Below are positions 40,905-51,571 of a stretch of DNA of 64,000 nt, piece after piece. Numbering within the stretch: the first letter of the stretch is position 1; each line of letters begins with the position of its first letter. A model generated the notes under the pieces. That model ran no database searches. It saw nothing but the letters and a program-made list of their open reading frames with translations, and was not told where the DNA came from. Origin of the DNA: Alphaproteobacteria bacterium (lineage in GTDB: Bacteria; Pseudomonadota; Alphaproteobacteria; MPNO01; UBA830); contig OZ219791.1 of the NCBI GenBank assembly GCA_964291215.2, forward strand, positions 576,001-640,000, given 5' to 3'. The position numbers were made by a program, and so were the translations under genes.

Positions 40905-42146
40905 TCAGCGGGCAAAGTCCACGGCTAGATTGTCTGCTTCCACGCGCTCGATGTCGGGCAGGCGGTTGCGCCTTTCCGCCATTTCGTCGGGGTCCCACCC
41001 GGCGGCGAGTTCGCGCAGCCGCGGATAGACCTCGTTGTTGAAGAGCGTCATGGAGCGCAAGGTCCGCTCGGCGGAAAGATGGCCGGCCTGGCCCATCATC
41101 AGGAGATGACCGAAGCCGCCCGAATACTCCCAGAAGGCCCTGATCTGCTCGAACACCTGGTCCGGGGTTCCCGCGAACACGTTGCCGCGGCGCATATGCT
41201 CCCCGAGCTCGGTGCTGTAGGCGGCGCCGGTGCCCGAGACGCGGGCGCCGCGCATGAGGCTGGCGCTGAGCTGCGGCGGATGATAGCCGGGCGGGTTTCT
41301 CCACTGTTCGGCGACCTTGTTGGCCTGCATGTACCACATCAGGTGGTTGGCGCCGTCCGTCGCTTCGCGCTCGTTGCCGCCGACATGGATCAGCGCGCAG
41401 TAGGCGAGGCGGTCAAGCGGCGCGTGGTTGCCGTGGAAGGCGCGGTAGTTTTCACGGTAGGCGTCGAAGATCGGCCGGACGCGGCCGTAACCGGCCAGGA
41501 ACACGGCGGCGACATGGCGGTGCCGCGCCACCGGTTTGGTGCTTCCGGCGCTTCCGGTCGTGATCCAGACCGGCGGGTGGGGCTGCTGCCACGGGCGCGG
41601 CCAGATGTTGACCTGGCGATGATGGTACCAGCGGCCCTCGAAGTTGAACGGGCCGTCATGGGTCGTCCACGCCTTGAGGATCAGGTCGTGGGCCTCCCAC
41701 AGGCGCTCGGTGCCCTTGTAGGGCAGGATGTTCGCCGCCGCCGCCTCGTAGGGCACGCTGCGGACGAAGCCGCATTCGAGGCGTCCCCTGGAGATGACGT
41801 CGACCATCGCCATTTCCTCGGCGACGCGAACCGGCTGGTTGCGGTTGGGGAGCGGGTTTCCGAGGATCAGCAGCCGCGCGCGCTCGGTCTGGCGGGCGAG
41901 GATGCCGAGCATGATGGGGGCGGCCGGGACCATGCAGGTCGCGGTCTGGTGGTGCTCGTTGAGCATGATCTCGAGTCCCAGCTCGTCCGCTGCGCACCAT
42001 AGGTCAAGATACTGGTGATAGAGGCGGCTGGCGTTTTCGGGATCGCAGAGCCGGTTTGGCAACTCGACGCGGATCGACTCGTAGCTGTCGGAGTCCGGAA
42101 GATCGGGATAGCAATCTTCCGTGAAGAACCAGGTCTTCAGGGCCAT
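40905..42146 (-). CDS. LLM-class (luciferase-like) flavin-dependent oxidoreductase, copy 2
   Basis: NEHH, RVAEEMAMVDVISRGRL, PRPWQQPHPPVW and AGTPDQV motifs. Confidence 0.92.
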   Translation of the reverse strand: MALKTWFFTEDCYPDLPDSDSYESIRVELPNRLCDPENASRLYHQYLDLWCAADELGLEIMLNEHHQTATCMVPAAPIMLGILARQTERARLLILGNPLPNRNQPVRVAEEMAMVDVISRGRLECGFVRSVPYEAAAANILPYKGTERLWEAHDLILKAWTTHDGPFNFEGRWYHHRQVNIWPRPWQQPHPPVWITTGSAGSTKPVARHRHVAAVFLAGYGRVRPIFDAYRENYRAFHGNHAPLDRLAYCALIHVGGNEREATDGANHLMWYMQANKVAEQWRNPPGYHPPQLSASLMRGARVSGTGAAYSTELGEHMRRGNVFAGTPDQVFEQIRAFWEYSGGFGHLLMMGQAGHLSAERTLRSMTLFNNEVYPRLRELAAGWDPDEMAERRNRLPDIERVEADNLAVDFAR

Positions 42147-43241
42147 CGCGGCGGCGCTCCGAAACTGTGCCGACGGTCAGCGAACGAACTCGACTCCGAA
42201 ATTGCCAAGGTCGGCACCCTCCTTGTCGGCGATCGCCCGGCTGCGCTCGGCGACCTCCGCCGGGTCCGATGTCTCGGTGAGCTCGCGCAGCCGCGGGTAG
42301 ACCTCGTCAGCATAGAGCCGCATTGAATTTAGCGCGTCGTCGTCGGACAGGAAACCGGCCTGGCCCATGATCATCATGTGGCCGAAGCCGCCCGAATACT
42401 CCCAGAACGCCTTGATCTGTTCGTAGACCTGGTCCGGGGTTCCCGCGAATACGTTGCCGCGCGCCATCTGCTGGTCGAGGGTCGGATTGATCGGAACGCC
42501 GGAGCCGGTCACGCCGCGCATCACGGCCGCGGCGACGGCGGGCGGATGGTAGCCCGGCGGATTGCTCCATTCCGGCGGCACCTTGTTGGCTTCCATGTAC
42601 CACAGGAGCTGGCGGGCACCCTGTTCGGCCGTGCGCTCGTCCTCGCCGACATAGCACAAAGCGAGATAGGCCAGGCGGTCGAACGGCGCATGCGTGCCGT
42701 GGGTGGCAAGATAGGCGTTGCGGTAGCCGTCGAAGATGCTTCGGATCTTCGGATAGCCGGCGAGGAAGACGGCGCCGACATAGTCGTGTTCGGCGACCGG
42801 CACCGCTGTGCCGGCGCTCCCCATGGTGATCCAGACCGGCGGGTGGGGCTGCTGCCACGGGCGCGGCCAGATGTTGACCTGGCGATGATGGTACCAGCGG
42901 CCCTCGAAATTGAACGGGCCGTCATGGGTCGTCCACGCCTTGAGGATCAGGTCGTGGGCCTCCCACAGGCGCTCGGTGCCCTTGTAGGGCAGGATGTTCG
43001 CCGCCGCCGCCTCGTAGGGCACGCTGCGGACGAAGCCGCATTCGAGGCGTCCCCTGGAGATGACGTCGACCATCGCCATTTCCTCGGCGACGCGAACCGG
43101 CTGGTTGCGGTTGGGAAGCGGGTTTCCGAGGATCAGCAGCCGCGCGCGCTCGGTCTGGCGGGCGAGGATGCCGAGCATGATGGGGGCGGCCGGGACCATG
43201 CAGGTCGCGGTCTGGTGGTGCTCGTTGAGCATGATCTCGAG
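41560..43241 (+). repeat. 416-bp near-identical direct repeat (41560-41975 and 42826-43241)
   Basis: Manual comparison shows an offset of 1266 bp and only 2 mismatches (41643/42909 and 41850/43116), both synonymous. Confidence 0.9.
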
Positions 43242-43406
43242 GCCGATCTCGTCGCATGCGCACCACAGGTCGAGATAGCGGTTGTAGAGCTCGCTCGCCT
43301 TTTGCGGATCACAGTGGGCGTTGGGCAGATCGACGCGGATCGACCGGTAGCTGTCCTGGTCCGGCAGGTGGGGATAGCAGTCCTCGGTAAACCACCAGGT
43401 CTTCAT
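42177..43406 (-). CDS. LLM-class (luciferase-like) flavin-dependent oxidoreductase, copy 1
   Basis: Same motifs as copy 2; tandem paralog. Confidence 0.92.
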   Translation of the reverse strand: MKTWWFTEDCYPHLPDQDSYRSIRVDLPNAHCDPQKASELYNRYLDLWCACDEIGLEIMLNEHHQTATCMVPAAPIMLGILARQTERARLLILGNPLPNRNQPVRVAEEMAMVDVISRGRLECGFVRSVPYEAAAANILPYKGTERLWEAHDLILKAWTTHDGPFNFEGRWYHHRQVNIWPRPWQQPHPPVWITMGSAGTAVPVAEHDYVGAVFLAGYPKIRSIFDGYRNAYLATHGTHAPFDRLAYLALCYVGEDERTAEQGARQLLWYMEANKVPPEWSNPPGYHPPAVAAAVMRGVTGSGVPINPTLDQQMARGNVFAGTPDQVYEQIKAFWEYSGGFGHMMIMGQAGFLSDDDALNSMRLYADEVYPRLRELTETSDPAEVAERSRAIADKEGADLGNFGVEFVR

Positions 43407-43421
43407 CGTTCGGTTCTCCCG

Positions 43422-44174
43422 TCAGCCGGCGAACGACAGCAGGTCGTCCACAAACCGGTCCGGCTGTTCCATGTAGGGGGCGTGGCCGGCTTCCTCAATG
43501 ACGGTCATCGTCGCGCCCGGGATCATCCTGCAGAAACCGCGGCCGTAATCCACCGACACCACGCCGTCGCTGGCGCCCCATATGAAGTGGGTGGGAATGG
43601 TGATCCGGTGAAGCCGTCCCCGCAGCTTGGGGTTGTGCATGTAGGGATCCCACGTATAGACGCCGAGGGCCATGCGGTTGGCGGCGACGGTCTCAAGCTG
43701 CGCTTCGGACATGTCTGCGAACCCGGGCATCTTCGACGGGGCGTGGAACATGAGCTCGGCCAGCCCTTCGCCTGGCACGGCGAACACGTCGGCAATGTCG
43801 CGGTCGTCGCGGCCGCCGACCTTGACGCCTACTGGGTCGACGAGGATCAGCCGCGACAGGCGCTCGGTCGTCATGGTCGCCAGTTCGGCAGCCACCCAAC
43901 CGCCCATCGAGCAACCGACAAGCAGCACATCCCTGAGGTCGAGTTCGTCGAGAAGGTCGAGATAAAGATAGACGAGATCGTCGACGCGATCGAAATGGTC
44001 GGGAATCCTGGTTCCCGCGAATCCCGGATGCACCGGCGCGATGATCTCGAATTTCTCGGCGAGGCGGGCGGCGAAGGGCATTCCGGCAACCGGTCCGCCG
44101 CCGCCATGCAGCATCAGCAACGGCGGGCCGGAACCCATCCGCGTCACGTCCAGGTCGATTCCCTGCAGCTTCAT
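43422..44174 (-). CDS. Alpha/beta hydrolase
   Basis: LHGGGG, HPGF, GCSMGG and AGHAP motifs; first gene of the LLM operon. Confidence 0.88.
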   Translation of the reverse strand: MKLQGIDLDVTRMGSGPPLLMLHGGGGPVAGMPFAARLAEKFEIIAPVHPGFAGTRIPDHFDRVDDLVYLYLDLLDELDLRDVLLVGCSMGGWVAAELATMTTERLSRLILVDPVGVKVGGRDDRDIADVFAVPGEGLAELMFHAPSKMPGFADMSEAQLETVAANRMALGVYTWDPYMHNPKLRGRLHRITIPTHFIWGASDGVVSVDYGRGFCRMIPGATMTVIEEAGHAPYMEQPDRFVDDLLSFAG

Positions 44175-44290
44175 GCCGACATCCCGTACTGTTCGTATCT
44201 TTGTGGTCGGTGCCCGAAACGCTTCGAAAGCCGACATGCCTTGCAGCTGTATATCGCCCGCCGGATATCGAAGCAAGCTTTGCAACGGTG

Positions 44291-44319
44291 TTGCAGAGTC
44301 GTCGTCAAGCGGCTATACA
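44291..44319 (+). promoter_or_regulatory. Putative sigma70 promoter of rpmI-rplT
   Basis: TTGCAG-N17-TATACA about 130 nt upstream of rpmI. Confidence 0.5.
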
Positions 44320-44451
44320 CGGCGCTCCCGGCTGCGGCGGCAATCGCCTTGCGCCGTCGGCGGGAGGAACGGCCCGGCTGAAGACCATGGGCATGCCGGG
44401 GCCGTTCGCGAGAGGTTCCGGAGAACGCTGGGTCCGGCAAAGGAGACGTAA

Positions 44452-44649
44452 ATGCCCAAGCTCAAGTCGAAAAGCGGCGCCAAGAAGCGCTTCGGCGTCA
44501 CTGCGCGCGGCAAGTTCAGGTCGAACTTCGCGAAGAAGCGGCACAACCTCCGCAAGCGCTCGCAGAAGATGAAGCGCAACGCGCGCGGCAAGCAGGTCAT
44601 CGCTGTGGCAGATGCCCGCGCCGTCAAGTCCTATCTTCCTTACGCCTGA
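44452..44649 (+). CDS. rpmI: 50S ribosomal protein L35
   Basis: [14 protein letters not shown]...YLPYA; AGGAG RBS. Confidence 0.97.
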   Translation: MPKLKSKSGAKKRFGVTARGKFRSNFAKKRHNLRKRSQKMKRNARGKQVIAVADARAVKSYLPYA

Positions 44650-44663
44650 CGGAGGGACCAGCC

Positions 44664-45029
44664 ATGGCGCGGGTAAAGCGGGGCGTGACATCGCACGCCC
44701 GACACAAGAAGGTTCTCAGGAAGGCCAAGGGATATCGCGGCAGGAATTCGACCGCTTTCCGGGTCGCGATCGAGAAGGTCGAGAAGGCCGGTCAGTACGC
44801 CTATCGCGACCGGCGCAACCGCAAGCGCAGTTTCCGGGCGCTGTGGATCCAGAGGATCAACGCGGGCGTGCGCGAGCACGGGCTTACCTATTCCACTTTC
44901 ATGCACGGCATCAAGCGCGCCGGCATCGAACTCGACCGCAAGGTGCTGGCCGATCTGGCGGTGCGCGAGCCGGACGCGTTCGGGACCGTCGTCGAACAGG
45001 CGAAGGCGGCACTCGGCGACAGCGGCTGA
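44664..45029 (+). CDS. rplT: 50S ribosomal protein L20
   Basis: [29 protein letters not shown] and [10 protein letters not shown] motifs. Confidence 0.98.
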   Translation: MARVKRGVTSHARHKKVLRKAKGYRGRNSTAFRVAIEKVEKAGQYAYRDRRNRKRSFRALWIQRINAGVREHGLTYSTFMHGIKRAGIELDRKVLADLAVREPDAFGTVVEQAKAALGDSG

Positions 45030-45104
45030 GCCGGAACCCGCCACAGCGCTCTTTCCGCCGGACAGCCCGCGGCCGTTCCACCGCCCGCCAGGCAGAACAG
45101 CATC

Positions 45105-46202
45105 ATGGAGAATACCGACCGGCTGAGAGACGAGCTGCTCGCGCGGATCGCGGTTGCCGATCTCGGAGAGCTTGAGGACATCCGCGTCCGTGCGCTCGGA
45201 CGTTCGGGCCGCATCACCGAGCTGATGAAAGGCATCGGCGCACTCCCTGCCGACCGCCGCCGGACTGCCGGCCAGGAGCTCAACCAGGTGAAGGACGCGG
45301 TCGCGGGCGCCATCGAACAGAGAAAGGCCGGTCTCGAGGTCGAGGCGCTCGACCGCCGCCTTGCTCAGGATCGCGTCGACGTCACGTTGCCGGTGCGCCC
45401 CGAGGCGATCGGCCCCGTCCACCCCGTCGCCCAGACAATAGACGAGATGGTCGCGATCTTTTGCGAGATGGGTTTCACGGTCGCCGACGGGCCCCATATC
45501 GAGACCGACTTCAACAATTTCACGGCGCTCAATATCCCGCCGGAACATCCCGCGCGCCAGGATCACGACACCTTCTACCTCGCGCCCGGCGCGGACGGCA
45601 CACGGCGCGTGCTGCGCACCCATACGTCGCCGGTGCAGATCCGCACCATGATGGCGCAAGAGCCGCCGATCCGGATCGTCGTGCCCGGGCGCACCTTCCG
45701 CGCCGATCACGACGCGACGCATTCGCCGATGTTTCACCAGATCGAGGGGCTTGCTATCGGCCGCGACATCCACATGGGGCACCTCAAGGGATGCCTGATC
45801 GAGTTCTGCCGCGCCTTCTTCGCCGTCGACGATCTGCCGGTCCGCTTCCGCCCCTCCTACTTTCCGTTCACCGAACCCTCGGCCGAGGTCGACATAGGGT
45901 GCACGCGTGAAGGCGGCGGCCTCGCTATCGGACGTTCCGAGGATTCGACCGCCGCCGACTGGCTCGAGATCCTCGGCTGCGGAATGGTCAATCCCCGCGT
46001 CCTCGAGAACTGCGGAATCGATCCCTCGGTCTGGCAGGGCTTCGCCTTCGGGCTCGGGATCGAGCGGGCGGCAATGCTCAAGTACGGGATTCCCGACCTC
46101 CGCACCTTCTACGAGTCCGACATCCGTTGGCTCCGGCATTACGGCTTCACCGCACTGGAGAGCCCGAGTGTCGCGGCCGGATTCGCCGGGGGTGGGGCGT
46201 GA
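45105..46202 (+). CDS. pheS: Phenylalanine-tRNA ligase alpha subunit
   Basis: HPAR, LRTHTSPVQ, RFRPSYFPFTEPS and FAFGLGIER motifs. Confidence 0.98.
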   Translation: MENTDRLRDELLARIAVADLGELEDIRVRALGRSGRITELMKGIGALPADRRRTAGQELNQVKDAVAGAIEQRKAGLEVEALDRRLAQDRVDVTLPVRPEAIGPVHPVAQTIDEMVAIFCEMGFTVADGPHIETDFNNFTALNIPPEHPARQDHDTFYLAPGADGTRRVLRTHTSPVQIRTMMAQEPPIRIVVPGRTFRADHDATHSPMFHQIEGLAIGRDIHMGHLKGCLIEFCRAFFAVDDLPVRFRPSYFPFTEPSAEVDIGCTREGGGLAIGRSEDSTAADWLEILGCGMVNPRVLENCGIDPSVWQGFAFGLGIERAAMLKYGIPDLRTFYESDIRWLRHYGFTALESPSVAAGFAGGGA

Positions 46203-48610
46203 AGTTCACCTTCGGCTGGCTCCGCGACCATCTCGACACCGACCGGTCGCTCGATGACATCGTCGACGCGCTCTCGATGATCGGGCTCGAGGTCGAGGGC
46301 GTGGAAGATCGCGCGAACGATCTCGGGGATTTCATGGTCGCCGAGGTGGTTTCGGCCCAGCAGCATCCCGACGCCGACCGCCTCCAGGTGTGCATGGTCG
46401 ATTACGGCGGCAGCGATCCGGTCCAGGTCGTTTGCGGTGCACCCAACGCGCGCGTCGGCATGAAGGGCGTGTTCGCGGCCGCGGGATCCTACATTCCTGG
46501 CCCCGGCATGACCCTGAAGAAATCGCGGATTCGCGGCCAGGAATCGAACGGCATGCTCTTGTCCGAGCGCGAGATGGGCCTGTCGGACGAACATGAGGGA
46601 ATTGTCGAGCTTCCCGCGGATGCCGTCGTCGGCACGGTGGCAGCGGACGCCATGGCGCTGTCCGATCCGACGATCGAGATCGGGCTGACGCCGAACCGTC
46701 CCGACTGCGCGGGCGTACGCGGCATAGCCCGGGACCTCGCTGCCGCGGGTCTCGGGCAGCTCAGGCCGCTCTCTGCGCCGGAAGCCGCCGGCGACTTTGC
46801 GCCCCCGGTCAGGTGGCGGCGGGATCTCCCGGCGAACACCGGTGACGCCTGTCCGCTGGTTGTCGGGCGTTACTTCCGCGATGTCTCGAACCGGCCCAGT
46901 CCGCAATGGCTGCAGCAACGGCTGCGCGCCGTGGGGCTGCGCCCCATATCGGCGCTCGTCGACATCACGAACTATGTCTCGCTCGACCTCGCCCGGCCGC
47001 TGCATGTCTTCGACGCCGACAGGCTGTCCGGCGATCTGGTGATGCGCCTGGCGCGCGATGGCGAAAGACTCGAAGCGCTCGACGGCGACGCCTATGCGCT
47101 CGATGACAGCATGACGGTGATCGCCGACGATAAAGGCGTGGCGGCGCTCGGCGGCATCATGGGCGGCGCTCCGTCCGGGGTCGCGGACGGGACGCGGAAC
47201 GTGTTTCTCGAGGTTGCCCTGTTCGACCCCGTGCGCACCGCCCGCACCGGGCGGGCGCTCGATATCCTGTCCGATGCCCGCTACCGTTTCGAACGCGGGG
47301 TCGACCCGGAGTCGGCGTACTGGGGCGTCCACGTCGCGACACGCCTGATCCTGGAACATTGCGGCGGCACGGTGTCCCACCTGACCGAGGCCGGCAAGAT
47401 GCCGCAATGGCAGCGCGAGGTGCGGCTGCGCAAGGCCCGGGTGCAGAGTCTCGGCGGGCTCGACGTTCCGGGCGAGGAGCAGGTCGCGATCCTCTCGACG
47501 CTCGGCTTCTCGCCAGTTGATGACGGCGAGGTCATCTGCGCGCAGCCGCCATCGTGGCGGCCGGATATCGACGGCGAGGCGGACCTCGTCGAGGAAGTGC
47601 TGCGTATCCGCGGCTACGACAACATTCCGGCCGCGCCCTTCGCTGCGCCGCAGACCGTGCCGCAGCCGGCATGGCCGGCTGCGCGGCGCCGGGAATCCAT
47701 GGTGCGGCGCACCCTGGCAGCGCGCGGCATGGCCGAGGCGGTCACTTTCTCTTTCATGAAGCGCGAGGTCGCGGAGCTTTTCGGGTTCGCCGACGAAACC
47801 TTGCGAATCGACAACCCGATCTCGGCCGATCTCGATGTCATGCGCCCGTCGATCCTGCCCAACCTGCTGGCGGCCGCCGCGCGCAATGCCAACCACGGGT
47901 ACCGGGACCTGGCGCTCTTCGAGGTCGGCCCGGAATATGTCGATGACAGTGAAACCGGCCAGGCGGCGGTGGCCGCCGGAATTCGCACCGGGTTGCAGGC
48001 GCCGCGCCACTGGTCCGAACCGGCGAGGGAGGCCGACCTGTGGGACGCCAAGGCGGACGCGCTGGCGGCGCTTGGCGCCGCGGGCGCCCCGGTCGGCAAC
48101 CTGCAGACCAGGCGCGACGCGCCGGGCTGGTTCCATCCCGGGCGCTCCGGCGTCCTGTGCCTCGGCCGCGATGTGCTCGCCGTGTTCGGCGACCTGCATC
48201 CGCGGGCGCTGGATGCGCTCGACCTGGAAGGCGCGGCGGTCGGCTTCGCGGTCTATCTCGACAGGGTTCCGGGGGCCAGGGGGCGCAAGAAGGCGACGAC
48301 CGCCCGCCCCCGCCCGACGCTGTCCGCGTTCCAGCCTATCCGCCGCGATTTCGCGTTCGTCGTCGAGGCGTCGATCGCGGCCGACGACATCGTGCGCGCG
48401 GCCACCGGCGCCGACCGGGCCATGATTGCCGATGTCGGCGTGTTCGATGTGTACGAGCACGAGCGGCTCGGCGACGGCCTGAAGTCGGTCGCCATCGCGG
48501 TCACGCTTCAGCCGGTGGAAAAGACGCCTACCGATGCCGAGATCGAGGCCGTGGCGGGACGGATCGCCGACGCCGTTGCGAAGCGGACGGGCGGCGTTCT
48601 CAGAACCTGA
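46199..48610 (+). CDS. pheT: Phenylalanine-tRNA ligase beta subunit
   Basis: GTG overlaps the pheS stop; VVCGAPN, TPNRPD, RFERGVD and RRDFAF motifs. Confidence 0.98.
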   Translation: MKFTFGWLRDHLDTDRSLDDIVDALSMIGLEVEGVEDRANDLGDFMVAEVVSAQQHPDADRLQVCMVDYGGSDPVQVVCGAPNARVGMKGVFAAAGSYIPGPGMTLKKSRIRGQESNGMLLSEREMGLSDEHEGIVELPADAVVGTVAADAMALSDPTIEIGLTPNRPDCAGVRGIARDLAAAGLGQLRPLSAPEAAGDFAPPVRWRRDLPANTGDACPLVVGRYFRDVSNRPSPQWLQQRLRAVGLRPISALVDITNYVSLDLARPLHVFDADRLSGDLVMRLARDGERLEALDGDAYALDDSMTVIADDKGVAALGGIMGGAPSGVADGTRNVFLEVALFDPVRTARTGRALDILSDARYRFERGVDPESAYWGVHVATRLILEHCGGTVSHLTEAGKMPQWQREVRLRKARVQSLGGLDVPGEEQVAILSTLGFSPVDDGEVICAQPPSWRPDIDGEADLVEEVLRIRGYDNIPAAPFAAPQTVPQPAWPAARRRESMVRRTLAARGMAEAVTFSFMKREVAELFGFADETLRIDNPISADLDVMRPSILPNLLAAAARNANHGYRDLALFEVGPEYVDDSETGQAAVAAGIRTGLQAPRHWSEPAREADLWDAKADALAALGAAGAPVGNLQTRRDAPGWFHPGRSGVLCLGRDVLAVFGDLHPRALDALDLEGAAVGFAVYLDRVPGARGRKKATTARPRPTLSAFQPIRRDFAFVVEASIAADDIVRAATGADRAMIADVGVFDVYEHERLGDGLKSVAIAVTLQPVEKTPTDAEIEAVAGRIADAVAKRTGGVLRT

Positions 48611-48641
48611 CATCCGGGGCAGGTCCTGCGGGACGGGAGTC

Positions 48642-50444
48642 ATGACCGATACCAGACATATCCGCAATTTCGCGATCATCGCGCATATCGACCATGGGAA
48701 GTCGACGCTGGCCGACCGCCTGATCCAGGAGTGCGGGAATGTCGACAGCCGCGAACTTCGCGAACAGATGCTGGATTCGATGGACCTCGAACGCGAGCGC
48801 GGCATCACCATCAAGGCCCAGACCGTGCGCCTCACCCATGCGGCGGCTGACGGCAGGACCTATCAGCTCAACCTCATGGACACGCCGGGACACGTGGATT
48901 TCACCTACGAGGTCTCGCGCTCGCTGGCGGCCTGCGAGGGGTCGGTCCTGATCGTGGATGCCAGCCAGGGGGTCGAGGCCCAGACGCTGGCCAACGCCTA
49001 CCTGGCGCTCGACGCCGAGCACGAGATCATTCCCGTGCTCAACAAGATCGACCTGCCGTCGGCCGAACCCGACCGCATATGCCAGCAGGTCGAGGATGTG
49101 GTTGGCCTCGACCGGGCAGATGTCCTCGCCGTGTCAGCCAAGACAGGCGACGGCATTGCCGAACTTCTCGAAGCGCTCGTGGAACGGCTGCCGCCACCGT
49201 CGGGCGACGCCGACGGGCCGCTCAAGGCCTATCTGGTGGATTCCTGGTACGACGCCTATGTCGGCGTGATCGTGTTGGTGCGGATGCGCGACGGCGTCAT
49301 CCGCAAGGGCATGCGGATCCGCATGATGGGCACTGGCGCCGCTCACCAGATCGACATGGTCGGCGTGTTCACACCGAAGCGGGAACCCGTGGAAGCGCTG
49401 GGGCCGGGCGAGGTCGGGTTCATCACCGCCTCGATCAAGACCGTTGCCGACGCCCGGGTCGGCGATACGATCACCGACGACCGCGTCCCGGCCGCGGAGC
49501 CGCTTCCCGGTTTCCGGCCGAGCGTCCCGGTGGTGTTCTGCGGGCTCTTCCCGCTGGATGCGGCGGACTACGAAGATCTGCGCGAGGGCCTGGCCAAGCT
49601 GCGCCTCAACGACGCGTCGTTCCATTTCGAGCTTGAGGGCTCGGCGGCGCTCGGACAGGGTTTCCGGTGCGGGTTTCTCGGCCTGCTGCATCTCGAGATC
49701 GTTCAGGAACGGCTGACCCGCGAGTTCGCCATCGACCTTGTGACGACGGCGCCGTCGGTAATCTACCGCGTGCACCTGACTGACGGCGCGTTCGAGGAAC
49801 TGCACAATCCCGCGGACATGCCCGACCCCGTGCGCATAGCCGGGGTCGAAGAGCCGTGGCTCCGTGCGACGATCATTGCGCCGGACGAACATCTCGGCGC
49901 GATCCTGAAGCTTTGCGAGGAGCGCCGCGGCGTCCAGCAGGAGCTGACCTATGTCGGCGGACGGGCGATGGTCGTCTACAAGCTGCCGCTGAACGAAGTC
50001 GTGTTCGACTTCTACGACCGGCTCAAATCGGTCAGCCGCGGTTACGCCAGCTTCGACTACCAGGTTACGGGCTACGAGAAGGGCGACCTCGTGAAGCTGT
50101 CGATTCTCGTCAACGGGGAGCCGGTCGACGCACTGTCGATGATCGTCCACCGCAGCCAGGCCGAACATCGCGGCCGCGCCGTCTGCGTCCGCCTCAAGGA
50201 ACTGATCCCGCGCCAGCTCTTCAGGATCCCGCTCCAGGCCGCGATCGGCGGCAAGGTAGTTGCCCGCGAGACGATCTCCGCCATGCGCAAGGACGTGACG
50301 TCCAAGTGCTACGGCGGCGACGTAAGCCGCAAGCGCAAGCTTCTCGAGCGCCAGAAGGAAGGCAAGAAGCGGATGCGCCAGTTCGGAACTGTCGAGATCC
50401 CGCAGTCCGCCTTCATCCAGGCACTGCGCATCAGCGACCAGTAG
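48642..50444 (+). CDS. lepA: Translation elongation factor 4 (LepA)
   Basis: [28 protein letters not shown] and [14 protein letters not shown] motifs. Confidence 0.98.
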   Translation: MTDTRHIRNFAIIAHIDHGKSTLADRLIQECGNVDSRELREQMLDSMDLERERGITIKAQTVRLTHAAADGRTYQLNLMDTPGHVDFTYEVSRSLAACEGSVLIVDASQGVEAQTLANAYLALDAEHEIIPVLNKIDLPSAEPDRICQQVEDVVGLDRADVLAVSAKTGDGIAELLEALVERLPPPSGDADGPLKAYLVDSWYDAYVGVIVLVRMRDGVIRKGMRIRMMGTGAAHQIDMVGVFTPKREPVEALGPGEVGFITASIKTVADARVGDTITDDRVPAAEPLPGFRPSVPVVFCGLFPLDAADYEDLREGLAKLRLNDASFHFELEGSAALGQGFRCGFLGLLHLEIVQERLTREFAIDLVTTAPSVIYRVHLTDGAFEELHNPADMPDPVRIAGVEEPWLRATIIAPDEHLGAILKLCEERRGVQQELTYVGGRAMVVYKLPLNEVVFDFYDRLKSVSRGYASFDYQVTGYEKGDLVKLSILVNGEPVDALSMIVHRSQAEHRGRAVCVRLKELIPRQLFRIPLQAAIGGKVVARETISAMRKDVTSKCYGGDVSRKRKLLERQKEGKKRMRQFGTVEIPQSAFIQALRISDQ

Positions 50445-50452
50445 GGGCGGCC

Positions 50453-51571
50453 CTACCCCCAGACATCCTCGGCGACCTCGACAAGCCGCTCGAGCTTGGC
50501 GATCTCGTCGTCGATGGTCAGTTCGTTGCCCTCGACGGTTGACGAGAATCCGCACTGGGCGCTGACGGCCAGTTGCTCGAGCGGCGCGTGGCGGACGGCC
50601 TCGTCGATGCGTCGCTTGAGGCTGTCGGCGGATTCGAGTTCGGGATGTTTCGAGGTCATGATCCCGAGAACCACGGTCTTGCCGGGCGGCAGGAATCTCA
50701 GCGGCGCGAAGTCGCCAGATCTTTCGTCGTCATACTCCATGAAAAATCCGTCAACTTCGAGTTCGTTGAATAGGATGTCGGCGACCGGTTCGTAGCCGCC
50801 GCTTGCGACCCAGGCGCTCTTGAAATTGCCCCGGCACATGTGGACGGTAACTGCCATGTCGTCGGGCCGGCCGGTGATCGATGCGTTCAGGAGGCGGCAG
50901 TAGGTCCGCGGCAGCTCGTCCGGGTCCTCGCCCCTGGCGCGGGTCGCTTCCCGGATCGACTCGTCGCACAGATAGGCGAAGTTGGTGTCGTCGAGTTGCA
51001 GGTAGCGAAGACCGAGCTCGGCCAGCGCCATCATTTCCTCGTTGTAGACCTTCGCCAGATCGTCGTAGAAGGAGTCCAGATCCGGATAGGCGTTCCTGTT
51101 GATGGCCTCGCGCCCGCCGCGGAAATGCAGCATCGAGGGCGACGGAATGCAGACCTTGGGCGTGCGGCTGACCATGGATTTCAGGTAGTTGAAGTCTGTG
51201 GCCTGGATGTCGCGCACATGCCCGAGGCGCCCGGTCACGCCGATGGTTGGCGGACGGAACCCGACTTCGGTACCGTCGTCCTTGCGGAAATGGGCGACGA
51301 AGTTCCCTTCCCTGACTTCGACGCCGCTGATCTGCTCGAGAAAATCGAGGTGCCAGAACGTCCGCCGGAACTCGCCGTCCGTTATGCCCTGAAGACCGAC
51401 ATCTTCCTGCAGCTTGACGACATCGCGGATGCAGTTGTCCTCAACCGTGTGGAGCTGGCCGTCATCGATTTCGCCTCTGGCGTGCGCGTCGCGCGCATCC
51501 AGGAGTTCTGTCGGCCGCAGCAGGCTGCCGACATGGTCGGCGCGGAAAGGGGGAGCCTGGCCAAGTGTCAT
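50453..51571 (-). CDS. Cobalamin-independent methionine synthase II family protein (catalytic domain only)
   Basis: RADHVGSLLRP, ITDGEFRR, HMCRGN, EYD and QCGFSS zinc-ligand motifs; 372 aa, no folate-binding half. Confidence 0.9.
   Translation of the reverse strand: MTLGQAPPFRADHVGSLLRPTELLDARDAHARGEIDDGQLHTVEDNCIRDVVKLQEDVGLQGITDGEFRRTFWHLDFLEQISGVEVREGNFVAHFRKDDGTEVGFRPPTIGVTGRLGHVRDIQATDFNYLKSMVSRTPKVCIPSPSMLHFRGGREAINRNAYPDLDSFYDDLAKVYNEEMMALAELGLRYLQLDDTNFAYLCDESIREATRARGEDPDELPRTYCRLLNASITGRPDDMAVTVHMCRGNFKSAWVASGGYEPVADILFNELEVDGFFMEYDDERSGDFAPLRFLPPGKTVVLGIMTSKHPELESADSLKRRIDEAVRHAPLEQLAVSAQCGFSSTVEGNELTIDDEIAKLERLVEVAEDVWG

Noticed and set aside
40905-43406. Bioluminescence luxAB
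   Set aside because: The proteins are about 410 aa generic LLM type, and no luxCDE genes are present.
46139-48835. 898-aa minus-strand ORF and similar long antisense ORFs (25443-27401, 42378-44381, 57933-59582, 59540-61156)
   Set aside because: These are shadows of well-supported genes in high-GC DNA and show no recognisable motifs.
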